A stretch of DNA of 64,000 nucleotides from Eledone cirrhosa (GCA_964016885.1 OZ024740.1:267902001-267966000); one strand, 5' to 3'. Positions 1 through 14,268 are shown, numbered from the stretch's first letter. The notes: generated by a model not told the origin, from the letters alone. Numbers and translations are program-made.

Positions 1-324
1 ATATAACTTCATTTTCATTACGGCGCTGTATACATTAGTAGAAACATACTTTCTACTAATTTTATGCACGATTCTAATTTAAACGTCTTCCAATAAAATT
101 AATAGTTGCAATAAAATGCTACTAGTTTTATAGGGATTTTGGTGTCAAAGTTCGTGATTAATTAAATGTCACAATTTTTCTGTGCAATTAAAGTTCGATG
201 ATTGGACAAGCCAGTTGATAAAAATCAACTTTTGTATTAACATTCATGCAGTCTTTAGCGGACATTACAGAAGAGTTATCCTGTGCACAATTCTCATTTA
301 ATAGCATCTATACATCAACATATG

Positions 325-600
325 AAGACGTATGGCTTAGTGGTTAGGATTTTCAGCTCATGGCGCATTTTGTCTTTGAGGAAGACACTTTATTTCACAT
401 TAATCCTGTCCATTCAGCTGGCAAAAGTGAGTAGTGCCTGTAATTCCTGAGGTCAGCTACGTCATACATTGTATCTCCCTGAGAACTGCGTTAAAGGTAC
501 ACGTGTCTGTGGAATGGTCAATTACTTACACATAATTTCACGAGCAGCTAGTTTCAACTGGAGCCTTCGTTGTCGGAAATGACGGGGTCCAACAACAACA
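325..600 (+). mobile_element. tRNA-derived SINE family 2 (old)
   Basis: TGGCTTAGTGGTTAG A box, AAGACACTTTATTTCAC core and (CAA)n tail. Related pieces at 42892-43000 and 46700-46845. Confidence 0.6.
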
Positions 601-956
601 CACTCATTAACATGTGTATCTTTCTTTGTTTTATCTCATAAACTTTTATGTAGAGCACACTGTGTATCAGAAAATGTTAAGATGAATTTAATTAAGCTAC
701 AGTTTTTAACTTGGAAACCTCACTAAAAAGAATGAAGTATGACTCCAAAATATCTTCCTGTATCTTTACATAACCGTGCTACGCCGGAAATTAGAAGGAA
801 ACGACCAGACCCGATAGCTGAGAGTGTGGTTTAGAACGTCATTGAAACTCTGTCATACTTCAAAGTTTGGGGATAATATCTTTTATCGAGTTTATCATGT
901 GTTCTGTGTCGGACATATTTCAGAGGATGGTGAATCGATTTTCGTAAAAACAACCA

Positions 957-990
<34 letters not shown>

Positions 991-1362
991 AACATCTTTA
1001 CATCAATCTTAGGGCTTTCAGTCTAGTCATTTGCGATAATTGGAAAATGAGACGAGAGCTATACATTTGATGATTAGATTATTAAGTTCGACAGAGATGA
1101 CTGAGATGGCGACAAACCGTACGGATGGAGATAATGGAATTATGAAAAGTGTTCATCCCGCAGCAGATCGCAGCAAAGGTGTTACTTTTGCTATTTTTCC
1201 ATCACAATCGTCATTTTCTCATGCGACCATCCACAGTCCGAATACATCTAGTTCGTTTTCAAAAGTTGCATTTAATTTTCTTGCCGATGTCAAGGAAAGA
1301 AAATTATAACTTTCTCTATCCATTATTTTGAGGCATTTGGTAGAACTGAATAATTGAATATA

Positions 1363-1553
1363 ATAATTGTTTCTACTTTAGGCACAAGGCCTGCAATTAC
1401 CCCAGTGCATTACTGGTACTTTATTTTATCGACCCCATAAGGATGAAAGGCAAAGTTAACCTCGACGGGATTTGAACTCAGACCGTAAAGGGACGTAACT
1501 ATGCTAGAAAGCATGGCGTCCGACCCTCTACCGATACTGCCAATTCACCGCTC
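1363..1553 (-). mobile_element. tRNA-derived SINE, family 1 (~195 bp), representative full copy
   Basis: A box TGGCAGTATCGG, B box GAGTTCAAATCC, core CTTTGCCTTTCATCCTTACGGGGTCGATAAAATAAAGTACCAG, (ATT)n tail. Further copies at ~1952-2058(-), 5421-5599(+), 5614-5828(+), 14346-14545(-), 20155-20352(+), 20445-20598(-), 30913-31223(+ x2), 42188-42370(-), 46132-46314(-), 52913-53306(+ x2). Confidence 0.9.
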
Positions 1554-2322
1554 ACCCCATAGAATAATGAAAGTATTTAAAACATCACGGATAATATCAT
1601 CATTATCTTGCCGTGCTGGTCGGACAGATCGCCATGACTTTCCTTCTCCATCTAACTCTGTCATACATTGCTTGTTACAGGCCCTTCAGATTGTACACAA
1701 CATCCTTACATAGCTATTGGAAGTAAGTTCTATGAGGTCTGCCTAAGAACACAAGTTCAGTCAGCGAACTACTGCAATTCATCTATAGGTGTGGCGTCCG
1801 CGGATGAGAAATTAACAATCGAAAGATTAACATGACTCATTAATAACAATAGTTATTATATTCAATAAATATCAAATTTGCTACAGTTTGCGGGGATTGT
1901 GCTCCTTATTTCAATTATCGGCAGTATAAATTAGTATATTTATATAAAGATAATTATTTCTACTTTTGGCACAAGGCCAGCAATTATCCCAGTGCATTAC
2001 TGGTACTTTATTTTATCGACCCCGTAAGGATGAAAGACAAAGTTAACCTCGGCGGGATGGAAGAAAAATAACCCTAAGAACTGGTAAGTGCATTTACGCC
2101 TGTCTTGTGGAAATGGGTTATGATTAACTATTGGGTGCCATAAAAACTGAATCCTTTGAATAACTTGTAGCATAATAGGGATAAATGTAAACAAATAATT
2201 GCTCTTTTATTTATGATATTTCAAAAGTACACCCAGGTTTACATCCATAGAGTACCCAATTTTATGTCCGCTACTGTACACATAAATGCAAACTTAACCC
2301 TATAATTTGTACACAACTCCCT

Positions 2323-2387
<65 letters not shown>

Positions 2388-3014
2388 GCCTCTTCCCTAA
2401 TGAAGGGAAATTTGAGAAAATGAATCAAGAACATGTTCTAGACTAGAAGGGCGAAATTTATCTTCAAACAGGAATGCTTACAAAAAAATGAAAACGGCCA
2501 AAAACCTCGAATCACCGATTTGTGGTGTTAAGAAGGGCGACGGATTAACTCTGCCACGCAAGAAGAACAGAGAAGGCAAAATTCGGGAAAATAATGTCCA
2601 CAAAATCTCGTTTGACGCTCAAACAATTTTAACTCAGAATTCAGTTCAGCACCCTATAGTAAAAATTGATAGGAGAGAAATAAAACACACACGGAACTGC
2701 AGAACAATCAAATCTGTTGCGTTTCATGAAGTAGGGGTCCTATACTTAAAATAATCTCACTATTTCCTAAGTTAATCGGATGTATATATATATATTTATA
2801 TGTGTGTGTATGTATGTGTGTGTAAAATAAAATATATCCTTCGGTGATATATGTAATATATATATATGATATATATATATATATATATATATATATTACC
2901 TGAAGAAGGGCTTATGCCCGAAACGTCGTCCTCCACCTACCCCCCACTCTCCTGAGCGTGAATCTAATAAACATTTGTCGTACTGCCTCTCTGTTCTGTC
3001 CCTGTTCAATTTTT

Positions 3015-3063
<49 letters not shown>

Positions 3064-3086
3064 CATATTTATATATATATATATTA

Positions 3087-3132
<46 letters not shown>

Positions 3133-3133
3133 A

Positions 3134-3183
<50 letters not shown>

Positions 3184-3256
3184 ATTATATCCTCTTATAT
3201 ATAACTCTCTACATACAAATTGAGTTATATATTGTTTTACAATTGCTCGCCCTCCC

Positions 3257-3382
<126 letters not shown>

Positions 3383-3805
3383 CGATTTATTCATTTAAAC
3401 ATACACATAGAACAAGATGAACGATGTTATTTACACAACATGGAAGAAAATAATAATGTGAGTATTTAAAAAGACTTACAATCGCTGCAAATGAAATCAA
3501 TCAGACAAATTACTTTCTTGCAAACGATACAAAATCTACTACACACAATGAGACTTTCTAAAGATAATCAAAGGAGGATCGTCAATTGAATAGATTATTG
3601 GTCTAATGAAAAACAACTAGATTAATAAGGCAAATAAAAGCAAATAAAATTGTAGTCGTTGTCAAATAGCATTGAATAAAGTCTTTCATTAAAGTTGTTT
3701 AAGGAAAGTATATATATATGTGGATGTGCGTGGGATTGCAGGGTTGTGTATGTATGTATGCACAGACATCCATATTTATATACATACATACATACATACA
3801 CAGAG

Positions 3806-3845
<40 letters not shown>

Positions 3846-3866
3846 GCACACACACACACACACACG

Positions 3867-3965
<99 letters not shown>

Positions 3966-4049
3966 GCACACACACACATATATTATATATATGTTCAGAT
4001 CTAGCTGTCGAAACGGCCGGAGCTCAGCCGTCGGGGTCCTGACTCTTTT

Positions 4050-4109
<60 letters not shown>

Positions 4110-4239
4110 AGCAAAGAATCGCTGCTTACACCCTTAACAGGATCTTCTGAAACTAACAAAGTCAATCTGTTAGTTTCAGAAGATCCCGTTAAGGGTGAAA
4201 GCACCGATTCTTTGCTTAAACTTTAATCTGTTATATATA

Positions 4240-4284
<45 letters not shown>

Positions 4285-4928
4285 AAAATTAAGGGTTGTC
4301 ATGTCTGAGAGACATGCACCATATCCACTGTAGAATAAGCTCAAAGATTCCAATGAATAGATCCGAGCATTAAATATCAACTAGAAATAGATTGACATAT
4401 ATATATATAAAATAAACATATGAAACAATCACAGGGAATAATTTGTAAAGAATGTAAGCACACATAACTAGGTAGGTAACTAATTAAAGTTTAACTAGAA
4501 CTTCAAGTATAGATACCTTTTAAAATGATTAATCTCCTTTGTATATATTTCTTTAAGTAAAAAATATATTTCACCAATTAATCAGTAAATCACAGTAGTC
4601 AAATTCCCGGATGGTCACCAAAGGAGAAGAAGATAACTATCTGCGTTTACAAAGCAAATGCAAATCTGTGAATGACTCGAACCACGTGTTGCATTTTTAA
4701 AAAAATGCACACATTGCACAACGTCATCCCAGTGGCGTGAATAGGATTATCGACAGCCAGAAATAGCAGCCGAGTCTATTCAACTGAATTAGCTCAACAA
4801 TCAAGGGGCCGTATATATATCCAAAATTAAAATTAAGGGTTGTCATGTCTGAGAGACATGCGCCATATCCACTGTAGAATAAGCTCAAAGATATATATAT
4901 ATATATACATATATATGTGTGTGTGTGT

Positions 4929-4978
4929 TCTTGTCTGGTGACCCTGTGAGAAGCAGGCGAAACTCCAGAATAACAAGA
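4929..4978 (+). ncRNA. Type I hammerhead, degenerate copy
   Basis: UCUUGU-CUGGUGA-C CCUG..CAGG C-GAAA-CUC ca GAA-UA-ACAAGA. Sister copy 48768-48817(-) has CAGAUGA and CUC/GAG. The two copies imply a CUGAUGA consensus. Confidence 0.65.
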
Positions 4979-5001
4979 CTTACTATTTAAACTTAATGAA
5001 A

Positions 5002-5066
<65 letters not shown>

Positions 5067-6207
5067 AAGCGAAACTCCAAAGTAATAGGACTCACTTTTT
5101 AGCCTTAACATAAATGAATATTAAAACTCTACTTCGGTATGCGACCACAAAAATAAGGTAAACTGGCACTTTAAATGTATGTGCTGTTTACACGCTATAG
5201 TGAATCGACATATGTAAACCGTTCAGTCGACGTAAGTAGCATAGCGATTGATTTCAACAGGTTTTATAGGTAAGCAGTAAACATGAAAAATATACATTTG
5301 AGTTCTTTAAAGTCCCTTTATAAACGAAACATATTATTTTCACGAGAAACAAAGTATATTTGCAGAAACTTTGTTCTTTATATGGCTTCTGCTAATGTAT
5401 ATTTTGTATGAGTGTGTTTCCAGTATCGGTAGAAAGTCGGACACCATGCTTTGAAGTATAGAGTTACGTCCCTTTATGATCTCTGAGTTCAAATCCCGCC
5501 GAGGCTAACTTTGCCTTTCATCTTACGCGGTCGATAAAATAAAGTCGCAGTAATACACTGGGTAATTGCTGGCCTTGTGCCAAAAGTAGAAACAATTATG
5601 TACATTTGAACTTGGGCGGTGGACTGGCAGTAACAGTAGAGGGTCGGACGCCATGCTTTGCAGTATAGATTTATGGCCCTTTATGATCTGAGTTCAAATC
5701 ACGCCGAGGTTAAATTTGCCTTTCATCCTTACGGGGTCGATAAAATAAAGTACCAGTCACGCATTGATTTAATCGACTTTCCCCTCCTCCAAAATTGTTG
5801 GCATTGTGCCTATATAAGAAACCATTATGTACACATGAACGTGTGAGTATGTGCGTGTGTGAATGTGTGTGTGTGCGTATGCGTGTGAGTGTATATATAT
5901 GCGCACGTGCGTATTGGATTTCCATCGTTTTTGACAATAGCTGGAGGTTTAATCCTGCGATGGACTGTTTAAATATTATTTTAGGTTTATCCGTAATGTT
6001 TGGGGTTTGTATTGGGAAAGATGCTGGAGCCGATGTGTGTTTAATTTTTCTGCCTTCATGCCGTGATAATTTCATAGCATTTCATTATGGCATAATGAAA
6101 CTTCAGAAATTACTTCAGAAATTGATGTTATGAAGTTTTATAAAGTTATATATACCCCTTGCAATTATCACCGTCCATTCTAAAGATAGAAGAGTTTTTT
6201 ATAAAGT

Positions 6208-6625
6208 AAGAAGCTGAGCTGAAAAGTTCATAGGCTGACTATGAAAGAGTGATACTAGATCTGTGAAATCTTGCATGCATTAATTTCAACTATTCTTGCG
6301 GTGGATTGGCAGTATCGGTAGAGGGTCGGACGCCATGCTTTCCAGCATAGTTATGTCCCTTTACGATCTGAGTTCAAATCCTGCCGAGGTTGACTTTGCC
6401 TTTCATCCTTACGGGGTCGATAAAATAAAGTACCAGTAATACACTGGGTAATTGCTGGCCTTGTGCCTAAAGTAGAAACAATTAATTTCAACTATTCTTA
6501 TTAATAACTATTATGATTCGTTCCTGAGACTATGTTGAAAAATAAACCAATTCCGTCATTCTATGAGTGTATCTTGGTCAGCCTATGAATTTTTCAGCCT
6601 ATGAATTTCTCAGCCGACCCTCGTA
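6208..6625. mobile_element. Mariner-like MITE (~200 bp excluding the SINE insert)
   Basis: TIR consensus TACGAGGGTCGGCTGAAAAGTTCATAGGCTGAC with TA ends. Other copies at ~16975-17070, 18520-18613, 19940-20138, 20634-20690, 26127-26552, 26768-26967 and 34778-34968. Confidence 0.8.
6299..6483 (+). mobile_element. SINE family 1 inserted in a mariner MITE with a ~19-bp TSD
   Basis: ATTAATTTCAACTATTCTT on both sides. Confidence 0.9.
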
Positions 6626-6649
6626 AGATTTCCCTTCTGTATAATGTAA

Positions 6650-6750
6650 GCCCACATATATCTTATATGAATGGGAAACTCTGCCCACATATATCTTATA
6701 TGAATGGGAAACTCTGCCCACATATATCTTATATGAATGGGAAACTCTGC
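6650..6750. repeat. 33-bp tandem repeat x3
   Basis: GCCCACATATATCTTATATGAATGGGAAACTCT. Confidence 0.9.
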
Positions 6751-8151
6751 TGTGTGCATCTTACTTTCATAGCTGGGAACATAATGTAATTCTTCAATTG
6801 ATATACACTTGCTATTATTACATATAGTAGTACTACTTATTAACAACTCGCCAGCTTTCTATGAAGTAAATTATCACAAACTTTTTTCGTTTTCTTTATG
6901 AGTAAATCCAAGAAGGAAGAACTAAAAGTCTGAGGGGGTACTTCCGGTGTGAAGAAAGCGCAAGGCAGATAAGTCTACTAGATGCCATTAATGTTCTCAT
7001 TACATTTTAATAAGTCAGTTGTTAGATGTAGAAACGGGCAAATTTCCAAAGATTTAGCTGTAATGTGGAAAAGAAAGCGTAGAGATATGTTTTTTTAGAT
7101 TGATATACAGGAGAGAAAAATATATTGTCGGGTGCAGTAAGGAAGTAAGGTACAGAAAAGTATAGCACTTCTGTTCAATGCGTGTATGTCTTTAGATTTA
7201 TATGAGAAAAAAATAAAAAACGAGTAGATTGATGTGTGTAGTTGCAAGGTATAAGAAATATATATATTGAAGTGATATTAAAAAGAACAAAAACTCAAAG
7301 AAATAATTAAATTACACTATTAAAAACACAATTTAAAAAAAAGTTAATGTTTTATTGTAAAGGAAAATTTAACCAATTATTGGAATAGTATGGCTATTCT
7401 CAGTATAATAACGGTTAAGTACCCCCCCACCCCCCAAAAAAAAATCAGAACAAAAAACAACAACAAATAAAAACAACAAAAAACAATAGTTGATGTATAG
7501 AAACAATAAACTATAATTTTACTATTTTTAATTTCTGTTTCAAATTTACTATTACAATTTGGTATTTATAGAAAGCTTTCTTAAAATGAAGCTTGCTTTA
7601 TTGATCATCGTGTGTCAGCTGTAGACAGTTAGAGGATTTATGAAAAGACATTGCAAAAAAAACAAAAACAATTCATGGGAAAAGATAGTGGTGGTAGTGG
7701 TGGCGCTATTAAGCGCCATCTTATTTAAAGGCGTCAACAAATTTAATTCGATTTATTGATCAAAATATATAATAGTACTTACTTAGTATAAAAGAAAATA
7801 TTGCCAACACTTTTAAAGCGTCAAGTAAAACTGTAAAAAAAAATAGCAACAACAAAAAACAAACTAAGCAGTATTTCCATAGTTACCGTTGCTAATTAAA
7901 CTTTAATTAAGCAATGGTATGGAGAAAATATGAATGAAGCGTTATGAAAATTAGAGCAATGTCTTCACGACGTCGACGTCAACTTACCATCTGGACTTAT
8001 CTGAATGATAAGCATAGGCTTACAAGTAATCGTCTACGCCAGGGACCCCCAACTTGTGGCCCTCGCGCCGCATATAGCCTTTAAGGATGTCCAGTGTGGT
8101 TCTCAGGACAAGATAAGAATTTATATATGACAAAAACTTTTTACAGTAATA

Positions 8152-9005
8152 ATAATTGTTTCTGCTTTTTGGCACAAAGCCAGCAATTACCCAGTGCATT
8201 ACTGGTACTTTATTTTATCGACCCCGTAAGGATGAAAGGCAAAGTTAACCTCGGCGGGATTAAACTCAGAATGGCAAGGGACGTAACTCTATGCGTCAAA
8301 GCATGGGGTCCGACCCTCTACCGATACTACCAATCCAAATAATAATAATTGTTTCTACTTTTGGCACAAGGCCAGCAATTAGCCAGTGTATTACTGGTAC
8401 TTTATTTTATCGACCCCATAAGGATGAAAGGCAAAGTTAACCTCGACCTTTCATCCTTATGGGGTCGATCAAATAAAGTACCAGTAATACACTGGCTAAT
8501 TGCTGGCCTTGTGCCTAAAGTAGAAACAATTATTACTGTGGATTGGCAGTATCGGTAGAGGGTCGGACCCCATGCTTTCCAGCATAGTTACGTCCCTTTA
8601 CGATCTTAGTTCAAATCGCGCCGAGGTTGACTTTGCCTTTCATCCTTACGGGGTCGATAAAATAAAGTACCAGTAATGCACTGGATAATTGCTGGCCTTG
8701 TGCCTAAAGTAGAAACAATTATTATTATTACTGTAAAAAGTTTTTGTCATATATAAATTTTTATCTTGTCCTGAGAACCACACTGGACATCCTTAAAGGC
8801 TATATGCGGCGCCAGGGCCACAAGTTGGGGGTCCCCGGCGTAGACGATTACTTGTAGGCCTATGCTTGTTGTCATTCAGATAATAATAATTGTTTCTACT
8901 TTTGGCACAAGGCTAGCAACTACCCAGTGTATTACTGGTACTTTATTTTATCGACCCGATATGGATGAAAGGCAAAGTTAACCTCGGCGGGATTTGAACT
9001 CAGAA
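8152..9005. mobile_element. Cluster of five SINE family 1 copies (-,-,+,+,-)
   Basis: Repeated SINE core in both orientations. Confidence 0.9.
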
Positions 9006-9500
9006 TAATAATAATGGTTTCTTTATTGGCCACAAGGGCTGACACGAAGAAAAACACTAGAGACGGCACAGAACAGTACAGGACGATACAAAGTGGGTTT
9101 TGGTCGTGTAAACAGGTTATAACAAAATCGGGCCAGAAATCCAAAAACATCAAACAACAAAAATTCCCCAAGAAGGGGGAAACCTCCGAGGGTCACTCGT
9201 GGTGAAAACCACACAAAAGACCATGGCCACCCTGACCACCAAGGAAAGCGCCCTCTCTCTCACTTTCCCCACTCCTCAGTCTACAGGAGCATACAGAACG
9301 AGCCCGTTCCCTCGGACCAGACTCGCCACTTTCACCCACCTTTCAACAAACTTACTAGAATACAGCACTTGCCTCTCCACCCTCATTTTCCTCTTCAAGT
9401 GAAACTTGAAAAAGATAATCAGGGATTGGCCGGAGAGGAAAATGTCCGTCTTCAACCCTTTCAATCTTGTCCACCACACACTTTTTCTCGCTATGGCCAC
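9005..9500 (-). mobile_element. 3' fragment of a related Tx1-like LINE
   Basis: Minus frame VWWTRLKGLKTDIFLSGQ..FVERWVKVA, homologous to the ORF2 C-terminus at 13700-13900. Tail ends in AATAAA + (ATT)n. Confidence 0.88.
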
Positions 9501-9689
9501 CGGATAGATAATAATAATAATGATTTCATTTATTAGCCACAAGGGCCGACATGTAGGGGACAATACAAAGACAGGGAGAGTGGGGTTTACAATAAGGTCG
9601 AGTAAAAGTGCACAATGGCAAGACTAATTTAACATAATAATAATTGTTTCTACTTTAGGCACAAGGCCTGCAATTACCCAGTGCATGAC

Positions 9690-10030
9690 GGCAATGATAA
9701 AAAAAAAAGGGAAACGAAAGGAGAGAAAGAATAGGGAAATATAGAGAAAAGAGAGAGAAAAAAAAGAAGTAAAAGAACGGGAAGAGGATGGCAAGAGCTC
9801 TGGTGTCGCAGAAGAAATGGGAGAGGTGAGGGGGGGGGGATTGGGCTTTGGGCCTGGGGAAAGAGGGCAGAAGTGCTGCGCCCTATGGACAAAATGGCAA
9901 AATCATTCCCGTGGACGATGGCCAGTGACATCCGCTGCAACACCACTCAACGTCGCGGGGCTCCCTCCTCAGACGGGGCACCGACGCTCCGATCTTCTGG
10001 AAGAGCTCGGCAATACAGGGTCCAATATGC
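9690..10030 (-). mobile_element. 3' fragment of a CRE-like (restriction-like endonuclease) non-LTR retrotransposon
   Basis: Minus-strand translation IGPCIAELFQKIGA..REPRDVEW/LQRMSLAIVHGN.FAIL matches the C-terminal 'EPRE..WL.QRLS.A..RGN' pattern I recognise from CRE-type elements. Confidence 0.6.
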
Positions 10031-10205
10031 TCTTATCCAGTAGATTGCTTATAGCCAGCAACTGCATGACAGGAATGTTTGCTTCGTTTAAAATAATATC
10101 GCCAAATTTTATATAAATTTAAACTACTTTGCAAAGTAGTAGTAATAGTAATAATCTATAAATGAACCTAAAACTGATCAGGGTCCCTATAGGAACTTAT
10201 AGATC

Positions 10206-13200
10206 CCTAAAAGAAACATTTGTAGAGGATGTGGGGAATTCCTGCGTGAAACCAATCAACCGCGTCCTCTACAAAGGCCTCCCCACCACAGACAGCCCCA
10301 CCCAAGTCATCCCCATCCCACCAGACAACCCCCTCCCCACCAAACACCTCCGTCCCCACCCCGCCAGAAACCACCACCCCATCAAACATACCCTCCAACA
10401 CCCCCATGGTAATTGTGCAGCCTGGTCCCCAGGAGACGAAGAGCCCGATACCCGGGACGCAGAGAGGTAAGTGCCTTTTCTCTTCACCACCAACATGGCT
10501 ATGCTAAGAGTAGGGTGTCTAAATGCGCGTGGCCTGGGCTCAACTTGGAAGCAAGCAATGCTGCTAAATGACCTCAGGTCACAACGTATAGATGTGATGG
10601 TTATTTGCGAGGCCCGGATCAGCAACGTGCGACAGCTGGCCCCCTCCTTTGATGACTTTGAGATGCACGCATCTCTCTGTCAGCCCGGAGGTGGGGTTGG
10701 GGTTGTCGTTCTGCTGCAAAAACATCTGGGTCTCGCAACACAGACGGTACATTTGGACCCGGAGGGTCGACTAGTGGTTCTGGACCTTGGCAGTGGTGAA
10801 GGCGGAGCGTTTAGGTTGGTAGCCGTCTACAGCCCTTTCGGGTCAATGCGGCCGGACTTCTTCCATCGACTGGAGACTTTTCTCGGGACGTCCCGCTCCT
10901 TGCTATTAGTGGAGGACTGGAATGGTATCCTAGATGCACGTTGGGACTACGTAGGGGCTTGCCCCGATAGAGAGGGGTGTAATAGCCTCAAAGGGTTAAT
11001 CGGTCGATTTGACCTGGCCGATAGATATCGACTAGATTTTCCGACTGCGCCAACCTGGACTTGGGCAAACCGCAGCAGATCATCTAGGTCGTACCTAGAT
11101 AGGTTCTTAGTTAGAAATAAGGATAAGGACTTTTTAAGTTGTCCAAAAATGCGCATGGTTGGCTATTCAGACCACAGGTTAGTGACCTGCATGGTCAACC
11201 TTGACAGAACGCATAGACAGGGACCCGGTTACTGGAAGCTCAACTTCTCCTTACCGGCAAGTAAGATTTACAGGGACCGGATTAGCACTTTAGTTAAGGA
11301 GCGGTTGACGGGCGCAATCGTCAACAGCAGGTGGTGGGGATCTCTCAAAAGAGAGATTAGAGTAGTCTCTATAGAATTTAGTAAGGAGTTAGCCTCAAAT
11401 AGAAATAGGAAGGAAAGAGAGTTGGTAGATAGTATAGAAGAGGCAATTAGAAGCGGCGACGTGGCCAGAGTGCTAGCGTCGAAAACGGCTCTGGGCCAGT
11501 TCTTCGACGCGAAACACGAAGGCTGCATCGTCCGAAGCAAAATACGTGCTCTGGGAAACAAGGGGACCAAAGCTGTTAGCTGGGCCCGCGTGACAGAAGC
11601 CAAAAGAGGGAGTAGATCCACTATCTGGTCTTTGCGAGACCAGGATGAACGGGTGATCCTTGAACTTAAGCAGATGTGCGAGGCTATTCAAAAGCACTTT
11701 GCCAGATTGTTCGGAAGGGGCGGGGAGCCGGTTGGGGAAGTGGACTTCGGTCCATACCTCGACGGCTTGCCGCGTCTCTCGGACAGGGAGGCGAAGTCCT
11801 GCGAGGAGCCGATTTCAGCCGCTGAGATAGAGGACGTGCTGAGCCAATGCGGCAAACGCAAATCCCCGGGTCTCGATGGTCTTCCATATAACTATATCTA
11901 GCTATGCTGGACTTGTTCTCCGATCTCCTCGAGGCGGTCTACTGCAACTGGCAACAAAACGGGAGAATTCTCTGTGCTGTGACCAAGTGCGTAGTCACCC
12001 TAGTGAGGAAGGATGAGAACAAGGGGGACGATATAAATACAGAGTTACAGATTTTGGCCAAGGTGCTAGTAAAGAGGTTGGCGCTTGTCGTGGGCAACCT
12101 GGTGGGAGATGCGCAGACATGTGCTATCCCGTCCAGGTCCATCCACGACAACTGCCACCTCATGCGATACATCATAAAGAGGGTTGGGAACGAACCCGGC
12201 TTTGGTGGGGCCCTGATCAACTTGGATCAATCTAAGGCGTTCGATAGGGTCGACCATGCTTACCTGGATGCGGTTCTATCGGCAGGATTCGGACCGTTTT
12301 CAGGAGCTGGATCAATGCCATGCACAGCAGCCGCATCTGCTCTAGGGTCAAGGTGAACCGCTACCTCTCGGTGCCGTTCGAAATCGCGCGGTCCATCCGA
12401 CAAGGGTTCCCTCTCTCCTCCCTTCTGTATGTAATGACTCTAGAGCCACTGCTGCGGAAATTGGAGTTGTTGCAGGGCATCGCGTTGGAACCGGGATTGC
12501 GGAAAGCGTTGTCGGCCTACGCCGATGACGTAACAGTAATGGTGTCGACGGCCTCGGAAATCGGGGCGATCGGCACCTTACTGGAGGAGTACGAAAGGTT
12601 TACAGGGGCTAAGCTGAACCGGGACAAGTCGATCGATCTGCAACTCGGCACGTGGAGGGGCAAATCGATGCCCTCCGATGGTATCGTCGGGCGCTGGACG
12701 GAGGGCCCGGTGAAGTTGCTTGGGGTCTGGTTTGGACCAGACCTCCAGGTGGAGAAGAACTGGGGTGAGGTAACGAACAGGGTGTTTGCTCTGACCCAGA
12801 AGTGGGCCGAGTGCAAACTGTCCCTGAAAGGTCGGGCGGAGGTGGCGAACACTTATATAGCGTCCGTCATCTACTACTGCCTGACCGTTGTGCCTTGCCC
12901 AAGGGAGACGCTCGCCAAAATGGAGCGCGCACTCTTCCAATTCCTTTGGCAGAAGCGGGCTCCTATGGTGAGGAGATCCATCTTCTGACGACACCCTTCG
13001 AAAGGAGGGCTGGGGATGCCGTGGCTAATGATACGTAAACACGCATTAAGGCTACGGCAACTCCAGGTATTCCTCACCGGTCAACCGGTGTGGGCCCGTT
13101 TGTGAGGCGAGCCTTTCCCAGACTCGTCTCGCTCACCGAGCTGCAATCCCGGGTCAAGCAAAGACCGAGAAAACTGGGCGCCTGGCACACCGAGTGTGCC

Positions 13201-14172
13201 CAGGCGCTCACGGCTCTCTGGCAGGCGGACTCGGCTGTCAGTGGAGAATCCACCTCGTCATTCTATAGAGGGCTGATGGTTAGCAAGTGCGACAACGCGC
13301 TCGGAGAAGCCCTAGGCATGGAGGAAGACGAACTGGCCAACCTGATCTGTAGGACATTCAGCCCGGGACCCATGGAAAACTTCCAGAGGTCCCTCCCTGG
13401 CCTGGCAGTGCTACCGAGAGGCTCTGCCCATTCGAGAAAGGCTCTACAGACACGGGCGTCCGGGTAGGGACCCCTCGAAAAAGATCTGTCCCAGATGCGT
13501 GTGCGACGAGGAAACCGTTGCACACGCATTGGTACACTGCTCGGGCATTGCCGATCTGTGGGGCTATGTCGAACAACTGCTGTCAAGGGTGGGACCGATC
13601 CGGTTGACCACCGAGTCTATTGTAACGATCAAGCCGCCTCCCCTCTTCAAAAACGAAGGAGAGGCGGTGTTTCTGTGCGCAATAGCCATGGCGAAAGAGG
13701 TTGTATGGTGGACGCGTCTGAAAGGACTGAGGTCAGACACCTTTCTCTCTGGCCAACAACTGGTCCGTTTCTTCCGATATCATTTCGGAAGAAGGATCAG
13801 GATGGAGAGAGAGGTGCTGCACCCCAGCCGTTTTTATGAAAGATGGGTGAAAGTGGCGAGAATGGCCCGTGTGAATGGGCCTTCACTCTACATCAGACTG
13901 TAGGTGAGAAAGATGAAAGATCATGGGAGCACCCTCTCTCTGTGCTCCTGAGGAGAAGGGTTGCACACTTTTTTCGGGTGTGTGTGTGACCCCACAAGGC
14001 GCCTCCTCCCTATTTTGGATTTTGTTTTTCAATTTATTTTTGTTATATTTTATATTTTATATTTTTATATTTTGTTATTGCCTCCTCCTTAGTGAGGACG
14101 CCTTTTTATGTAAACTCCCCCATTGTACTTGTCACACTCTTTGATGCCCTGGTGGCAAATAAAAAGAAAGTT
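10206..14172 (+). mobile_element. Tx1/L1-clade LINE, 5'-truncated within ORF1, ORF2 disrupted
   Basis: ORF1 tail to 10470. ORF2 from ATG ~10495 with APE motifs (LNARGL, E, DWN, YLDRF, SDH, GYWKLN), RT motifs (KSPGLDG, LDQSKAFDRVDH, RQGFPLS, YADD) and a C-terminal CPRC..ETVAHALVHC knuckle. 3' UTR with AATAAA. Confidence 0.93.
10495..13903 (+). pseudogene. LINE ORF2 (AP endonuclease-RT-zinc knuckle) with several frameshifts and stops
   Basis: Split among track ORFs 10471-11901, 11904-12356, 12320-12988, 13090-13467 and 13499-13903. Confidence 0.9.
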
Positions 14173-14268
14173 ATATTATAAAGGGAAAACCCATTCCTCT
14201 GTCTCTCCGTCTGTCTCACGATCTCCCTGTCTGTCCGTCACATTTCATATCTATATATGTGTGTATTC

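Noticed and set aside
650-1330. Possible very old piggyBac-like transposase relic on the minus strand (DGKIAKVTPL..ISVE)
   Set aside because: Too degenerate to support without a translated search.
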